64,000 nt of DNA. Source: Octopus sinensis. Taxonomy: Eukaryota. Under the pieces are notes generated by a model, which was not told where the DNA came from, ran no database searches, and saw nothing but the letters and a program-made list of their open reading frames with translations. The first letter of the stretch is position 1. Each line of letters starts with the position of its first letter. Position numbers and translations under genes: made by a program. The stretch is from the NCBI RefSeq assembly GCF_006345805.1, contig NC_043000.1:85994001-86058000 (forward strand), read 5' to 3'. Shown here in pieces: positions 12,400-25,421 of this stretch.

Positions 12400-13077
12400 A
12401 AAAAAGGGACAAAATGCAGCGATAAATCAAGTAAAGAAAGACCAGTAGAGGATATTTGTCTGGTTGCACATTCCTAGACAGCTCTAAACACATCAATATT
12501 GGGAGGTAACTGTAGATTTACCTGGGTGCCAGGTTTTCTTTCCCATCCCAGTTACGAAAAAACCAGATACTTTGACGTGGTGTGAAAAAGGAAAGTTAGT
12601 CGAGCTAACAGTTCCTCATGAAGATAATATGGACGCCGCTCAGGCTCAAAAATTGAACTGTTATGTAAACCTCCTTGAGGAATGTGAAGATGCAGGCTGG
12701 AAAGCGGAACATTATCCTATCGAAGTTGGATGTAGAGGGTTTCTTGGACACAGCGTGAGATGACTGTTGTTATTGCTAGGCCTAACTCATCGTAAAGTCA
12801 ATACCACCATGACTGATATCCAATCTACAGTGGAGAAGGCTAGCCACTGGATTTGTTTAAAAATGGCTAGAAGGATATTGAGTTTAACTTTATAACCAAC
12901 TGATCTAGCAAGTGGGGCCTCATATCAGTGAGGGAGGCCGGTGCGCATTGATGCCGTCGAGAGGTAGGCCTCGAAACGGCACGCATTCTCTCCTGATGAC
13001 ACCATACACTTGCTGGCTTCCAGTATACGGAGCTTTTGACTGGTAGCACTTGCATGTGCAAGTTGTTTGCAAGACAT
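12400..13077 (+). mobile_element. 5'-truncated Hero/NeSL-type non-LTR retrotransposon (restriction-like endonuclease C-terminus plus 3' UTR)
   Basis: WEVTVDLPG...KKPD...LVELTVPHEDN...K...Y..L..EC..AGW.....PIEVGCRGF...EKASHWI is the PD..ELTVP.E..K..KY RLE signature. One in-frame TGA at 12761. Confidence 0.8.
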
Positions 13078-13329
13078 CAACAAGAGGAGTTTTACAGACT
13101 TGAGGTACATACTGTAAATGTGGACATACCATAACCATAATAGATAACTGATGAGTGGCTGAGTGGAACTTAAACCCTTCAGCCTTTTTTATGATTTTAT
13201 AAATATGGCTTGCCTAATGCAGATCATAATTGACAATAATGCTTAGGTCACATTCTCCAGTAGGCATCATATAATAAGGTTGGTGTTGTGGAGGAAGTAG
13301 TTAAATTCCAAATATATATGTTAGGGCCA

Positions 13330-13585
13330 GGTTCAACAATCACACCTTGAGTTTTGGGCACTAGGATAAAAGAAAAAAGACCAAATTATCCAGTCATATA
13401 TGGTCCTTAAAAGATAAAGGTGCCAGTTACAACATCCATTGGAAGATCTTAGCCAAGTGTAAGCCAAGTGATATGGAAAGATGGCTCAACTGGAAAAGCA
13501 GCTTAGACCTTGCTACATGTCTAAATTCAAGAACTGAACTTTTTGGTTCATGTCCACATATGGCTAAATATTTGTTGTTTTTGGT
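13330..13585 (+). mobile_element. Degraded Naiad-like Penelope GIY-YIG remnant
   Basis: Reads NNHTLSF...TKLSSHIWSLKDKGASYNIHWKIL...LNSRTELFGSCPHMAKYLL, the same type as the ORF at 38441-38923. Confidence 0.65.
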
Positions 13586-14021
13586 CCCCCCCCCCAAGAT
13601 CACAGATGGAACCTGCCTTTTATATTGCGTCCATGTACAAGAATTTTATCTCTCTATATTTTTATATATATATTTTTACATACTTTTTGCATATTTTTAC
13701 ATATATACATACATACATATATTATATATATATATATATATTATTGCTTTATCTATTTTTACATGTTTTTCTGTATTTTACCTTTCACCCCGCATTTTTC
13801 TTGTGCATATGCATATATAGACATGTATATGAACATTTCTGTGCATGTATGGGTATATATACATGTGCGTGGTATGTATATATGTACATGTATATGTACA
13901 TGTGTATGGTTGCATATATATGTGGGTGTACATGCATGTGTTTCATGCGAGTGTGAGTGAGCAAATGCATATATAGCATGTGTATATTTAGACGTGTATT
14001 TGAATATAATTGTGCGCATAT

Positions 14022-14428
14022 AGGTGCAGGAATGGCTGTGTGGTAAGTAGCTTGTTTACCAACCACATGGTTCCGGGTTCAGTCCCACTGCGTGGCACCT
14101 TGGGCAAGTGTCTTCTACTATAGCCTCGGGCCGACCAAAGCCTTGTGAGTGGATTTGGTAGACGGAAACTGAAAGAAGCCCGTCGTATATATGTATATAT
14201 ATATATAATATGTGTGTGTGTGTTTGTGTGTCTGTGTTTGTCCCCCTAGCATTGCTTGACAACCGATGCTGGTGTGTTTATGTCCCCGTTACTTAGCGGT
14301 TCGGCAAAAAGAAACCGATAGAATAAATACTGGGCTTACAAAAAGAATAAGTCACGGGGTCGAGTTGCTCGACTAAAGGCGGTGCACCAGCATGGCTGCA
14401 GTCAAATGACTGAAACAAGTAAAAAGAG
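14022..14428 (+). mobile_element. Full-length SINE family A
   Basis: High similarity to 8641-9086. Confidence 0.8.
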
Positions 14429-15505
14429 ATATGGGTATGTGCACATGTGTGTGTGTGTGTGTGCGGATATGTATATGTGTACATCGTGTGTGAGTGCATG
14501 TGTATGGGTATGTATATATGTAGATGTATATGTACATGTGTATGATTGCATATATATGTGGGTGTGCATGCATGTGTTTCACACGAGTGCGGGTATTCTT
14601 TCAGTTTGTGTCTACCAACTTCGCTCACAAGGCTTTGGTTGGGCTGAGGCTTTAGTAGAAGATATCTGCCCAAGGTCCCATGCAATTGTACTGAATCTAG
14701 AATCATATGGTTGAGAATCAAGCTTCGTACCTCACAGCCACACCTGTATATATATATATTATACATACACACACATATGTATGTATCAATATAAGTATAC
14801 ATGTGTGTCTGTGTGTGTATAAGTATATATATGTATAATCCATTGAAGAAGATGAATTTAGCACATTGTTTTTACTAGAGATGTAAATGAATTTTCTGCA
14901 CCAGTGGGCTTTCAATAATCCCCTCTAATTAGAGCTTTCATATAGCCAAGGGCTTGTATTGCTTGCTGAATTGGAAATACACCAATTTTCTACCATATCA
15001 GGACCCCCACCCCCACCCCACCACACACACATCTTTTATCTCTTACTTGTTTCATATATATCACAATGGATTCTCCTATTGTTAGACAACATATGAGGGT
15101 TTGCAATTTCTTGCCAAACAACCACACACTTACTCCGTCAAATCAACATTACCTGTACATGTACACTATGTGCCACAAGTCAGATGATGAAATGATTGCA
15201 GAGCAATGTGAAATGAAGTGCTTTGCTCAAGAACACAATGCGATGCTCGGTCTGGGAACTGAACCCATGATCTCACGATTGTGAGTGCAACACTCTAACC
15301 ATTAAGCCATGCACCTTAACAATATAAGCCTTCATATATGTACATATATATATATATGTACATCAGTATACATGTATGTATGTGTGTGTGTGTGTGTGCA
15401 TGTATGTGTGTGGATGTATATATATGCGTGTGTGTGTACGTTTGTATGTATGTATTCTGCATATTCATGTGTTTGTGTGTTCATGTTTGTGTGTTTGTGT
15501 ATGTA

Positions 15506-15540
<35 letters not shown>

Positions 15541-15794
15541 GTACCTCTGTCTCTTTGTGTGTACAAGTTTGAGCGTGTCTATGTATATGGGTTTGTGTTA
15601 CTATGTATATGCATCTGTTATGTACACCACATAAACTGGGCCCTTTTATTGTAATGCCAACACCAGTGAAGCCACCAAACAACTTCTAAGACTGCAAACT
15701 ATGAGGGCTAAAAGTATGGGAGGCCAGAACAGAACAGGTTTCTTGCTGTAGAAGAGCTACATGACTGCTAACAAACACTAAGACACACATACAT

Positions 15795-16156
15795 ATGTAG
15801 AGGGTTTGATGGACACAGTGTGAGATGACTGTTGTTATTGATAGGCCTAATTCATCGTAAAGTCAATACCACCATGACCGATATCCAAACTACAGTGGAG
15901 AAGGCTAGCTACTGGATTTGGTTAAAAAGAGATGATGAGCAATGGCTAGAGAAATAGTGAGCTTTATTTAATAACCAGTTGATCTAGGAAGTGGGGCCTC
16001 ATATCAGTGAGGGGGGCTGGTGCACATTGATGCCATCGAGAGGTAGGCCCCGAAACGGCGTGCATTCTCTCCTGATGATCCCATACACTTGCTGGTTTCT
16101 GGTATGTGGAGTTCTTGACTGGTAGCACTTGCATGTGCAATTTGTTTACAAGACAT
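15795..16156 (+). mobile_element. Second, shorter Hero-type 3' fragment
   Basis: Aligns to 12730-13077 and keeps the natural C-terminus EKASYWIWLKRDDEQWLEK*. Confidence 0.8.
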
Positions 16157-16620
16157 GTTCACTGCTAGGAAACTTCTGATCACCAAAAAATAAAGAAAAA
16201 GAAAACAAAAAACAAACAAATAATCTAGTTTCAAGTGGAGTATTCCACATAACATTGGGAAATTTGACAAACAGTTTACCAAAGATTGAGAATGCTGAAG
16301 GAGTCCAGAATGACTAATAAGAACAAATCATCTGCATATATTTGAATTTTGTAAAATAATTGAATAACCATTTCAGAATATTTCGTTTTTCTATCTGGTC
16401 TGTAAGATTCTTTATGTGAATTCATGTGTTGAAGCATATTTTATTGTCTGGGGAGAGTCATTCTCTTTTAATGCCTTATTTTTTAACACTTATTTACTTA
16501 TTTATTTTCTCTAAAATTTTCATTGCATCTTGCAACCTTATCAATAGTCATTGACTCTGTCCGTTATCAGAGTTGCATTCATTTTGCTTGTTTGTTTGTG
16601 TGCATGTGTATACACATATG

Positions 16621-16654
<34 letters not shown>

Positions 16655-17159
16655 TGTATGTATGTATGTATGTATGTATGTATGTATGCATGCATGTATG
16701 TATGTATGTATGTATGTATGTGTGTGTGTATGCATGTATGTGTGTGTATGCATATATATATATATATATATATATATTCATATGTATACATGTGTGTACG
16801 TTTGTATGTATGTATTCTGCATATTAATGTTTTTGTGTGTTCATGTTTGTGTGTGTGTATGTGTATTTGTGTGTGTACTCCTGTCTCCTTGTGTGTGCAT
16901 GTTTGAATGTGTCTATGTGTATGGATTTGTGTGACTATGCATGTGCATCTGTTATGTATGGCTGTGTCTCCATGTGTCCTTGTGAGAGTTTGCGAAGTGT
17001 GCATGTGTGTATATGGTCATGTGTTTCAGTCTTCATTTGTGTATGTATGTGTTTATGTGTGTGTGTGAGTGTGCTTGTCTGTTCATATTACCTATGTATC
17101 TATCTATTTATCTATCTGTTTACTTACATATCCATTTACCTGCCCCCCATGTCTACATA

Positions 17160-19400
17160 ACCGCCTACTAACAACTCTGCCTGTGTATATATAAATTGTG
17201 GGTATTGGGGTTTGACTACCTTCTACGTACATTTCCTATTTAGTACTGGGGATGTTTCATTTATGAGGACGTACTCCTGTATTTGTCTGAGTGTTGAGTC
17301 CTCCGGGTATGTGGATAAAATGCAGATCTCAAGTTGACCCAGTGTGACTCTATGCTGGTCTTTGGCATGTTGGTAGAGTATGGACGACTATTTCTTGGCG
17401 TCATATTGTCTCAAATGTTCATTTACTTTCTCCACAATGCTTCTAGATGTCTCACTTATATATATCATGTTTTCGGCTTTACAAGCATCCTCTATGCACC
17501 TTATGCAGTAGACTACATTTCTAATTCTACAGTCAATACCAGGGTTAATCTTACATATTATGCAGTTATCATTGGTGCATATGATATTCTCAAAGGGGTA
17601 CATCCTACATAGTTGTGGTCTGATAGAACTCCCTAGCTTATCAACGATCTTAAAGTTGTGTGTGGCCTCCTTCAGATGTTTCCTAAATCCATAGGGTTGT
17701 GGCCTCTACAAACATCATTCCTTGATATTTGTTGGTCTTGTATCATGTGTTCATCCTGTTTGCTTTGTCACAAACTCTTTGTATCCTATTCCAGTCTTTA
17801 CACCTATATCTAGGGCAGGTACCACTAGTTTCATTACATATAATGCTAACTTCTTTCTAGCTCTCCTGTATACCCAAACCCTATCTTTCTGATAATATCC
17901 AGAGAATTGCATGCAGTGCATAAAGTTCTGTACATGTTTCTTTGTTTCATAGGGTTTGCATAGTGGGGACACACTCATTATCTTAAGTCTACTATCACTA
18001 TGTTGATTTTCATGATGTGTGACAAAGCTGGTTTCTGAACAACATATTTAGAAGCTATGAGTTTCATATAATAGGAGTGGAGGAGCTGCACCCTATTGTT
18101 CACAGTCTCTAACCAAAGTTCAGTATCAAGGACAGGGAGTCTATTGTTAGGGTACTTAGTGGGGTAATCTATAGTTACCTTAATAATTTGGTGGAAGCAC
18201 CTTGAGCCTGCATGTACAGTTTCCTGTTAAACTTTACTATGCGGTTCTTCAAGGTGGTTCTTATGCTAGCCCCTATTGCATGCACAATAATTTTTTTCAC
18301 CTGACTGCTGTTCTCAGGGCCCTGGGTGGGTATGGTCCAATCTCTCCAGTGTTCTGTGGTGCTTTTCTTCACTGCCTAGGTGATGGTGGGTGGTCTTCTT
18401 CTCTGTGACCTTGTAGGGCAGAATCTACTAATGTCATGGTTGTCTAGGAAGTTACAGTCATAGCTTAGTTTAAGGAGGAGGTCCAGTTCCCTTGTGTTGA
18501 CTTCATGGAACTACTTCCCTCTCACTGATAATCTCAATGTATTTTTCCACAGTAAAATCTATGTCTATAGATCGGTAGAGAGAAACTACATCCATACTAC
18601 CCACTAGACAACCTGTGAGGTCGTTGGAGTAGTTGTAACTACTGATTCAACTGAGGAGATCCTACATGCTCACACGGACATCTGGGGATATTTCAATGAG
18701 TGGTTGTAACTATAAATGCTGGAAATATTCGCTCTGCAAACTGGCCAGGTTGGAGGCCCCATAACAAGGTTTACGTAAGGTTTATGGTCCTTACATAACC
18801 CATATAGTGTAAGAACATCGTTGTTGAATGCTTGAAAAATTTGTGCAATCCATTTCTTGGGTTGGATTATGTTGCACTACATTCCCATGTGTGCATTGAG
18901 GAGTTTATCCACTCTTTCATGTTCCTGAGGTGCAACTTCTCTCATGCTCCTGATGTGTTGTTGCATGGTCTGGACATAGTTCTGTGGGATGTTTATCAAC
19001 AGTTTGCTAGGCTTGTCCATAGGGAGGCCCACTAATTCCCTGTTTCAGTTTTTGTAGGCAACAGATGAACTGAGTTGGTGGGTTTCCCCCTCATTATAAT
19101 TTTTAGTGGTTTTGTTGTACCAGTCTAAGATGTGTCGGAGTCTATTTCTAGCTAAGGAAATCTTTGCCTCTGTCTCACTATCAATCTGTGGTGGGATATG
19201 TACTCTTTTGTTGAAGGGTAAGTCTGTGGGGTAGATCCTCATCATGTTGTATGATTTGTTGTTGGGGTTATAAAAGATAGAGTGTAGGATGCTATTGGTG
19301 TTACTATCGTAATGGTGATTGTTGTAGCTGGTGATGGTGGTGGTGGTAGTGTTTGTGTTGTGTTCATTGTTGATAATATTTTTATTTGATATCCTCAAAC
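17160..19400 (-). mobile_element. Degraded near-full-length Penelope-like element (RT, Cys linker, GIY-YIG)
   Basis: YGLCKDHK (18781-18805), GSMDVVSLY.SIDIDF (18553-18602), HQIIKVTIDYP....RLPVLD.ELW (~18120-18190), and C..NCIIC...C..RNVVYCIRC...YISETSR...NEH (17388-17603). Many stops and frameshifts. Confidence 0.85.
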
Positions 19401-19838
19401 AAGTACATTATCTGCCTATATTGATTTCAAAATGTGTTTGTTTCATAGAAAGAGTACAATTTTTAGCATGCAAATAATTTCCTGAAGTAAGACCAGGGTG
19501 GCTAGACCCACTCATAATTTTATGACTCTATAAATGAGGAAAATAGCTAAAAAATTAAACTTAAAATATACACAGGAGATTTGGTTTGTTTTTAATTTAC
19601 CAAAACATAATTGAATATAATGACTAACTAAAGGATATTTGCTTAGCTACAAATTCACCAGTCCATGAAATTATATCTGGAAACAATCCTCAAAGAATGT
19701 TAATACTTTGATAATAAAATCTCTCTTGCCTTAAGATTTCCTTCCTTTCCTGAGTATACTTCTTAGATTTTATTTCATTTTATTCTTTTTTAAGGATTTA
19801 ATAGAGAGCTCATTTAATATATACACACACACACACAG

Positions 19839-20236
19839 AGGCAGTGTGGCTGTGTGGCAAGAAGTTTGCTTCCCACTTGGTTCCGGGTTCAGTCCCACTG
19901 TGTGGCACCTTGGGCATGTGTTTTCTACTATAGCCTCGGGCCGACCAAAGCCTTGTGAGTGGACTTGGTAGGTGGAAACTGAAAGAAGCCTGTCATATAT
20001 ATATATATGTATATATATGTGTATTTGTTATTTGTGTCTGTGCTTATCACCTCACCATGGCTTGACAACCGATGTTGGTGTGTTTACATCCCCGTAACTT
20101 AACAATTCAGCAAAAGAGACCGATAGAATAAGTACTAGGCTTACAAAGAATAAGTCCTGGGGGGTGATTTGTTCAATTAAAAGTGGTGCTCCAACATGGC
20201 TGCAGTCAAGTGACTGAAACAAGTAAAAGAATAAAA
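19839..20236 (+). mobile_element. Full-length SINE family A
   Basis: High similarity to 8641-9086. Confidence 0.8.
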
Positions 20237-20335
20237 GAACATGTATGTATGACTGTATGCATGCATGCTTGTATGCATACACACACACAGATAGACACAC
20301 ACAGATAGACACACACAGATAGACACACACAGATA

Positions 20336-20382
<47 letters not shown>

Positions 20383-20606
20383 GGGTATTTTATGTACTTA
20401 TTGGTTATGGTCGGTCAGAAAATTACCATTGGTTTCATGTCTATAATTGCACTTAACAATACAGGTGACTCATCAGACCTACTGACCTGAGGCATATAAC
20501 CTCTTTACACAACCAATGCCAACTTTCCAACAGGCCATAACCAATGACTGTGCAATATAGTACTGCTCGAAAACATTTTCTAGAGTTGAATGCATTTTAT
20601 TCAGAC

Positions 20607-21310
20607 TTATAAGAAAATGGAGAGGATGCAAAAATGACATCCATCAGCTGGTAGACATTCTAGTATGTCTATTTATTCAAAAGTATTGGAAGAATACGTA
20701 CACATGTAATAACTATAAATACAGAAAAGAGCAAAAGATAAAATTGTCAGTAGTTTCTAGTTTCTTATGGCTCTTTCTGCCAAGTGGCAACGAAATTCTC
20801 CATGCCATCTCCATCTCCTCAGTGTTCTGCAGGGGTGGGCAGGTAAAGTTTGGATGACGAATGTGCCTCTAGGCTTCTTCAGAAGGTCTAACTGGTTGGG
20901 AGGGTTAATACATATAAGAAACAGTTAACATTATGTACAGTGTATTTGTCTTATATGCTTCTTATATGTATTAACCCTCCCAACCAGTTAGACCTTCTGA
21001 AGAAGCCTAGAGGCACATTCGTCATCCAAACTTTATCTGCCCACCCCTGCAGAACACTGAGTAGATGGAGATGGCGTGCAGAATTTCGTTGCCACTTGGC
21101 AAAAACAGCCGTAAGGAACTAGAAACCACTGACAATCTGATCTTTTACTCTTTTGCTCTTTTCTGTAATATTAGTACATGTGTATGTAACACATAGTTAT
21201 TACATGTGTATGTATTTTTCTTATATTTTCTAATACTTTTGAATAAATAGACATACTAGAATGTCTACTGACTGATATATATCGTTTTTGCATCCTCTCC
21301 AATTTCTTAT
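20607..21310. repeat. ~700-bp fold-back palindrome
   Basis: 20821-20920 versus 20959-21058 are reverse complements with one mismatch. Similarity continues, with indels, out to 20607 and 21310. Confidence 0.9.
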
Positions 21311-21849
21311 TTGCTGTATAAATTAAGGGTAAACCACTTTTTACTTCCGTCCATATATAACATTCAATTGCGAGATTGCCATGCAATAAACAGCACTTGA
21401 GTATGAATAATTGGGCACACTACCAGCAGTATATTGGATAGGTACTATCCCTTAGTTGGTTGGTTTCCTAACCTCTAACTCAAACAGAAATATATATATA
21501 TATATATGTATAAAAGATTTACAGAATGCAGTAGGAAAGATCCTTCATTCTGTAATTCTTGTATTCTTATTTGCACACCTGGCAACCCTGGTCACCTACC
21601 ATGGAATATAAAAAGATCTCTCAACTTACCATTCTTTGATAGGAAAAAAATCCACAACCTTCTGTCTCAATAAACCACTATTGTCCCTGAAAGTTGTTTT
21701 TTTTATATTTACTACGGATTGTTTGAAGCTAACTTTCTTCCTACACCTCAATCTCTGGATCTTACATATATAATACATATGTCTCCCCAAAATGTACACA
21801 CACTTTAACAACTGGTAACTCAATTTTCATTTCTTTTTAAACTTAACCC

Positions 21850-22540
21850 ATTAGAAATAGTGAAGGGTCTCAGACTAAGCTTTGAACAAAGGAAATTTAT
21901 TCAAAAGTGCTACTGGAAGTTTGAAAATGCAGTCGCGAGTTTCAAACAGATGCACTTATGCAATTTACCATCACTCAATTTAGAGGTAAGTTTGAAGCAG
22001 AGGAAACTGTTTAGAATGTCTACAAGAAACATTCCAGAAGTCAGCAGACTTTGATGAGCGCAAAGCAAGAAAGTTTACTAGAATCCTGTTGCCAGAGTGC
22101 GAGAAAATTTGTGTGGTAAATGACTCATGAGATAGAAATTTCAAAATCAAGCATCCATCACATTTTGAAGCACTATCACTGGAAAAGTTATATTTCAAGA
22201 ACAGTCTATGATCACACATTTGATTATTATGTGTGGGGCACAGTTGAGCAAGAGACCAACAAAACTCCTTGTAACACCAAAGATGAACCGAAAGCAATGA
22301 TTATGACAGCATTCACCAACTTAAACAAGGAGACCATCCAGAATAGTTGCAGGAGATTCCAAGGTTGTCTGGAGGCTGTGGTTGAAGGCAATGCCGATTT
22401 TATTGAATAAATTTACTCTTTAGTATTTCAAAATATTCTTATGTAATTTTGGTAAATATATTTGTTAAAATAGGATGTCAGTGTTATTTTCTTTTTCCAT
22501 ACTTTAGTTGACAGTTTATTCACCACACCCTGTATATATA
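21850..22540 (+). mobile_element. Internally deleted maT/DD37D-like Tc1/mariner transposon remnant
   Basis: MTHEIEISKSSIHHILK (HTH) and DYYVWGTVEQETNKTPCNTKDE...CRRFQGCLEAVVEGNADFIE. TIR-like caccctgta-ta at the right end. Confidence 0.75.
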
Positions 22541-22559
22541 TATATATATACTGGCCCTC

Positions 22560-22775
22560 TTCTCTCTTTCACTCTAATCATCATCCCGAACTTTGCTTGC
22601 ACCAGACTAGCATTCCAATTGATGAAAGGGCTTGACAGTACAAATGTCATAGTTGTCATGCTTACAGATAATGACATAATCCAGCAAGTGCCAAACTTTA
22701 GATTTTGGATGCATCTACGTTGTTGTGTGATCACCTTTGTACATAAAATGAGTGCTTGCGATATACACACACACA
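22560..22775 (-). mobile_element. RTE apurinic endonuclease fragment
   Basis: Minus strand reads T*MHPKSKVWHLLDYVIICKHD, matching the TWMHPRSKHWHLLDY motif of RTE elements. Confidence 0.65.
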
Positions 22776-22879
22776 CACACCACACACACACACACACATG
22801 ACAGAATTAAATAGACACACTTATAATCATTAAAATTGATTTAAATCTGAAATTATACATTCAGATTATTTTACTCCTT

Positions 22880-23520
22880 TTCAGATATATGAGGATGGAA
22901 TGCCAAATAGGAAAAAAACGAACCTTATCAACACCTCCTTCTATTAGCTTTCATTTTAGGTTCTTAGACTGCCAGAACCACTCAAGACATTTGTGCTGTG
23001 TATGAAAGAACTGCATAGAAATGATTTTCATTCTTCAAGGAGGGAAAATTTGATTTCATAGACCCTGCATTCTGACTAACCTGTTCAGTTCAATGGTGAA
23101 TGATTGAAGAAGCTCATCCATGAGAAACTGCACCAATCCACAAGGGAATTGACCCTGCAGATGGGATGCTTTCATGACGCTGTCACCTGTCATCTTCACT
23201 CAATGGGGAAGGTCTAAAAACTTGGCACATAGGTGCCACACATTTTGAACGAATGAGACAAAATCCAGCTCCCTCTATTGATACCAGTTTGCTTACTTGA
23301 CATCAGGTTACTCACAGACACAAACAAAGAATCCCTTACTACAGCATTAATTACTGTTGATGAAAAATAAAGTCTTTATGTTAATATGAAGCAGAAAATA
23401 GAATGGATGAGCCTTGGTGAGCAAGCAACACCTCAAGCCAAGCCAGATCTGCATCCATGCAAGATAATGATCTGCATTTGATGGGATTGGGAAATCCTTG
23501 AAAACAAAATGTTTGAAAAC
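22880..23520 (+). pseudogene. Heavily decayed mariner transposase remnant
   Basis: Parallels the N-terminal and central parts of the adjacent element (caacacctccttcta...gacatttgtgctgtgtatg; ttactgttgatgaaaaata; caagccaagccagatctgcatcc). Confidence 0.6.
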
Positions 23521-23523
23521 AAC

Positions 23524-24482
23524 TATTGGGTTGGCAACTAAGTTCTCACCACTTTTTTAATTTTGGAATTTATTGCGTTTTAAATTTTGGAATCTATTTT
23601 TTGTTTATTTTCAGATCATTAAAATGGAATGTCAAGTTAAGAAAAACGAGCATTTTCGACACCTCCTTCTTTTTGCTTTTAATCAAGGTTCTAAGGCTGC
23701 AAAAGCTGCTTGCGACATTTGTGCTGTGCATGGAGAGGGTGCCATAGCTGAAAGAACTGCTCGTGATTGATATGCCAAGTTCAAAAATGGAAATTTTGAC
23801 CTCAAAGATGCACCTTGTTCTGGCTGTCCAGTTGAGTTTGATGAAGAGCAATTTAACCAACTTTTGCATGAAAATTCTCGTCAAATGACAAGGGAACTGG
23901 CAGAGAAAAAGGAATGCATTCACACTGCTATAGAGAAGCATCTTCATTTGATGGGAAAGATTCAGACGTATGGTGTATGGGTTCTGCATGCTTTCAGTGA
24001 CAACAACAAAAATCAACGAGCCACAATCTCCGCTGGTTTGCTTGCTTGTCACCGGTCAACTCATTTCTTTACCGAATCGTTACTGGCAATGAAAAATGGT
24101 GCATGTACATCAATATGAAGCAGCGTAAGGAATGGCTTAGCCCCTGTGTTGCTAAATTGACAAAAAATACTATTCAAGAGCTTTGTTAGGAAGTTCTATC
24201 ACAACCAATATATCCTGATATTGCATCTTCAAATTATCACACTTCCTGGTTGCTCTCCAACAGTCTTTTAGGTGTTTCATTTAACAATGATGTGGAGCTG
24301 AAAACATGAATTCTTTGAGTCAAAACCCCGTAGTTTCTACTGCCAACATATTTACAAACTAAAGGAGTGCTGGCAAGAAGCTGTGGACAATGAAGGAAAA
24401 TATATTATTGATTGATTTTAAAAAATTGTTGATGAAAAATAAATGGTTAAAAATGAACAAATTTATATAACAACCTCAATAT
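23524..24482 (+). mobile_element. Mariner (DD34D, Mos1/Hsmar1-like) element with decayed transposase
   Basis: TIR tattgggttggcaac. MECQVKKNEHFRHLLLFAFNQG..AA.A..DIC.V.GEGAIAERTARD*YAKFKNGNFDLKDAP.SG.P, and GVWV.H (WVPHEL). Confidence 0.85.
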
Positions 24483-24587
24483 ATATGTATGGAGGTGAGC
24501 GAGTGAAAACCTCAGTGTCAACCTTTTCCTTATAAATGTTTTGTGTGTGTGTGTGTGTGTGTGTGTACATGCATACACACACACATG

Positions 24588-24641
<54 letters not shown>

Positions 24642-25421
24642 TTCATACATACATATATATAGATACACACACACACACACACATATGTAAATTTATTGTA
24701 AAATTATCATTGTTAATTTATGTAGTTATTAGTTTTGTTGATACTCCTAAATAAAAGACCTATTATATAAATACATATTTTCTAAAAAGAGGACAAGGGA
24801 TTGCAGTGCCTATAACTGATTGATATACTCCTGGAATGAGTATTGTTAATGTTTACGGAGTGGGAGTGCAAAGCAGAGATATTTATAAATGCAATGTTAT
24901 TACCAGTTCAAATGTGCCTCAAGCATATGAATATTTAGTTTGAGCTGTGAAGTGGAAAGCAAAATGTAGTTGAACAATGAATACCTCAGAAATAGTGAAA
25001 ACTAGTGTTAGTTTAGATATCTGTGACTAGATACCCAAGCTCATCATCATTATCACCCTATAACATGCATCTTTCATGCTGGCATAGGTTGGATGGTTTG
25101 ATAGAATTTGGTGTGTTAGAAGACTGTGTATTGTTCCAATGTCTGCTTTGGCATGGTTTCTGTGGCTGGATGCCCTTCTAATGCCAACCACTTTACACCA
25201 TATACTAGGTGCTTTTCTTTTGTAACATCAGCACTAGCGATGTTATGCAGTTTGCAATACTGAAGATCCTCTTTGACTGAGTGGGGCAACAGAGAAAAGG
25301 GAGGTGGTTTTATGCTAGGAGCTAAGAGGATTAAAGGAGGTGGCTTTATGCTAGGAGCTAAGGGGATTAATGTATGAGAGAAGGAGTCAGAACAGAACAG
25401 TTTTCTTGCTTGTATTTCTGT

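Noticed and set aside
13473-17160. Many 60-140 aa ORFs rich in C/V/Y/M/H/T/I (also near 1-190, 8500-9270, 20050-20380, 24450-24750, 34170-34700, 62320-62615)
   Set aside because: Translations of (TA)n/(CA)n/(TATG)n microsatellites, which lack stops in several frames.
17200-17330. Possible hammerhead at the 3' end of the 17-19 kb Penelope element, and CTGATGA at ~13146
   Set aside because: Helix II-like stems exist, but the catalytic core or GAAA is not intact or correctly spaced.
21626-21700. Apparent exon with a strong gtaagt donor
   Set aside because: The sequence recurs in the opposite orientation at ~33460-33570, so it is a dispersed repeat.
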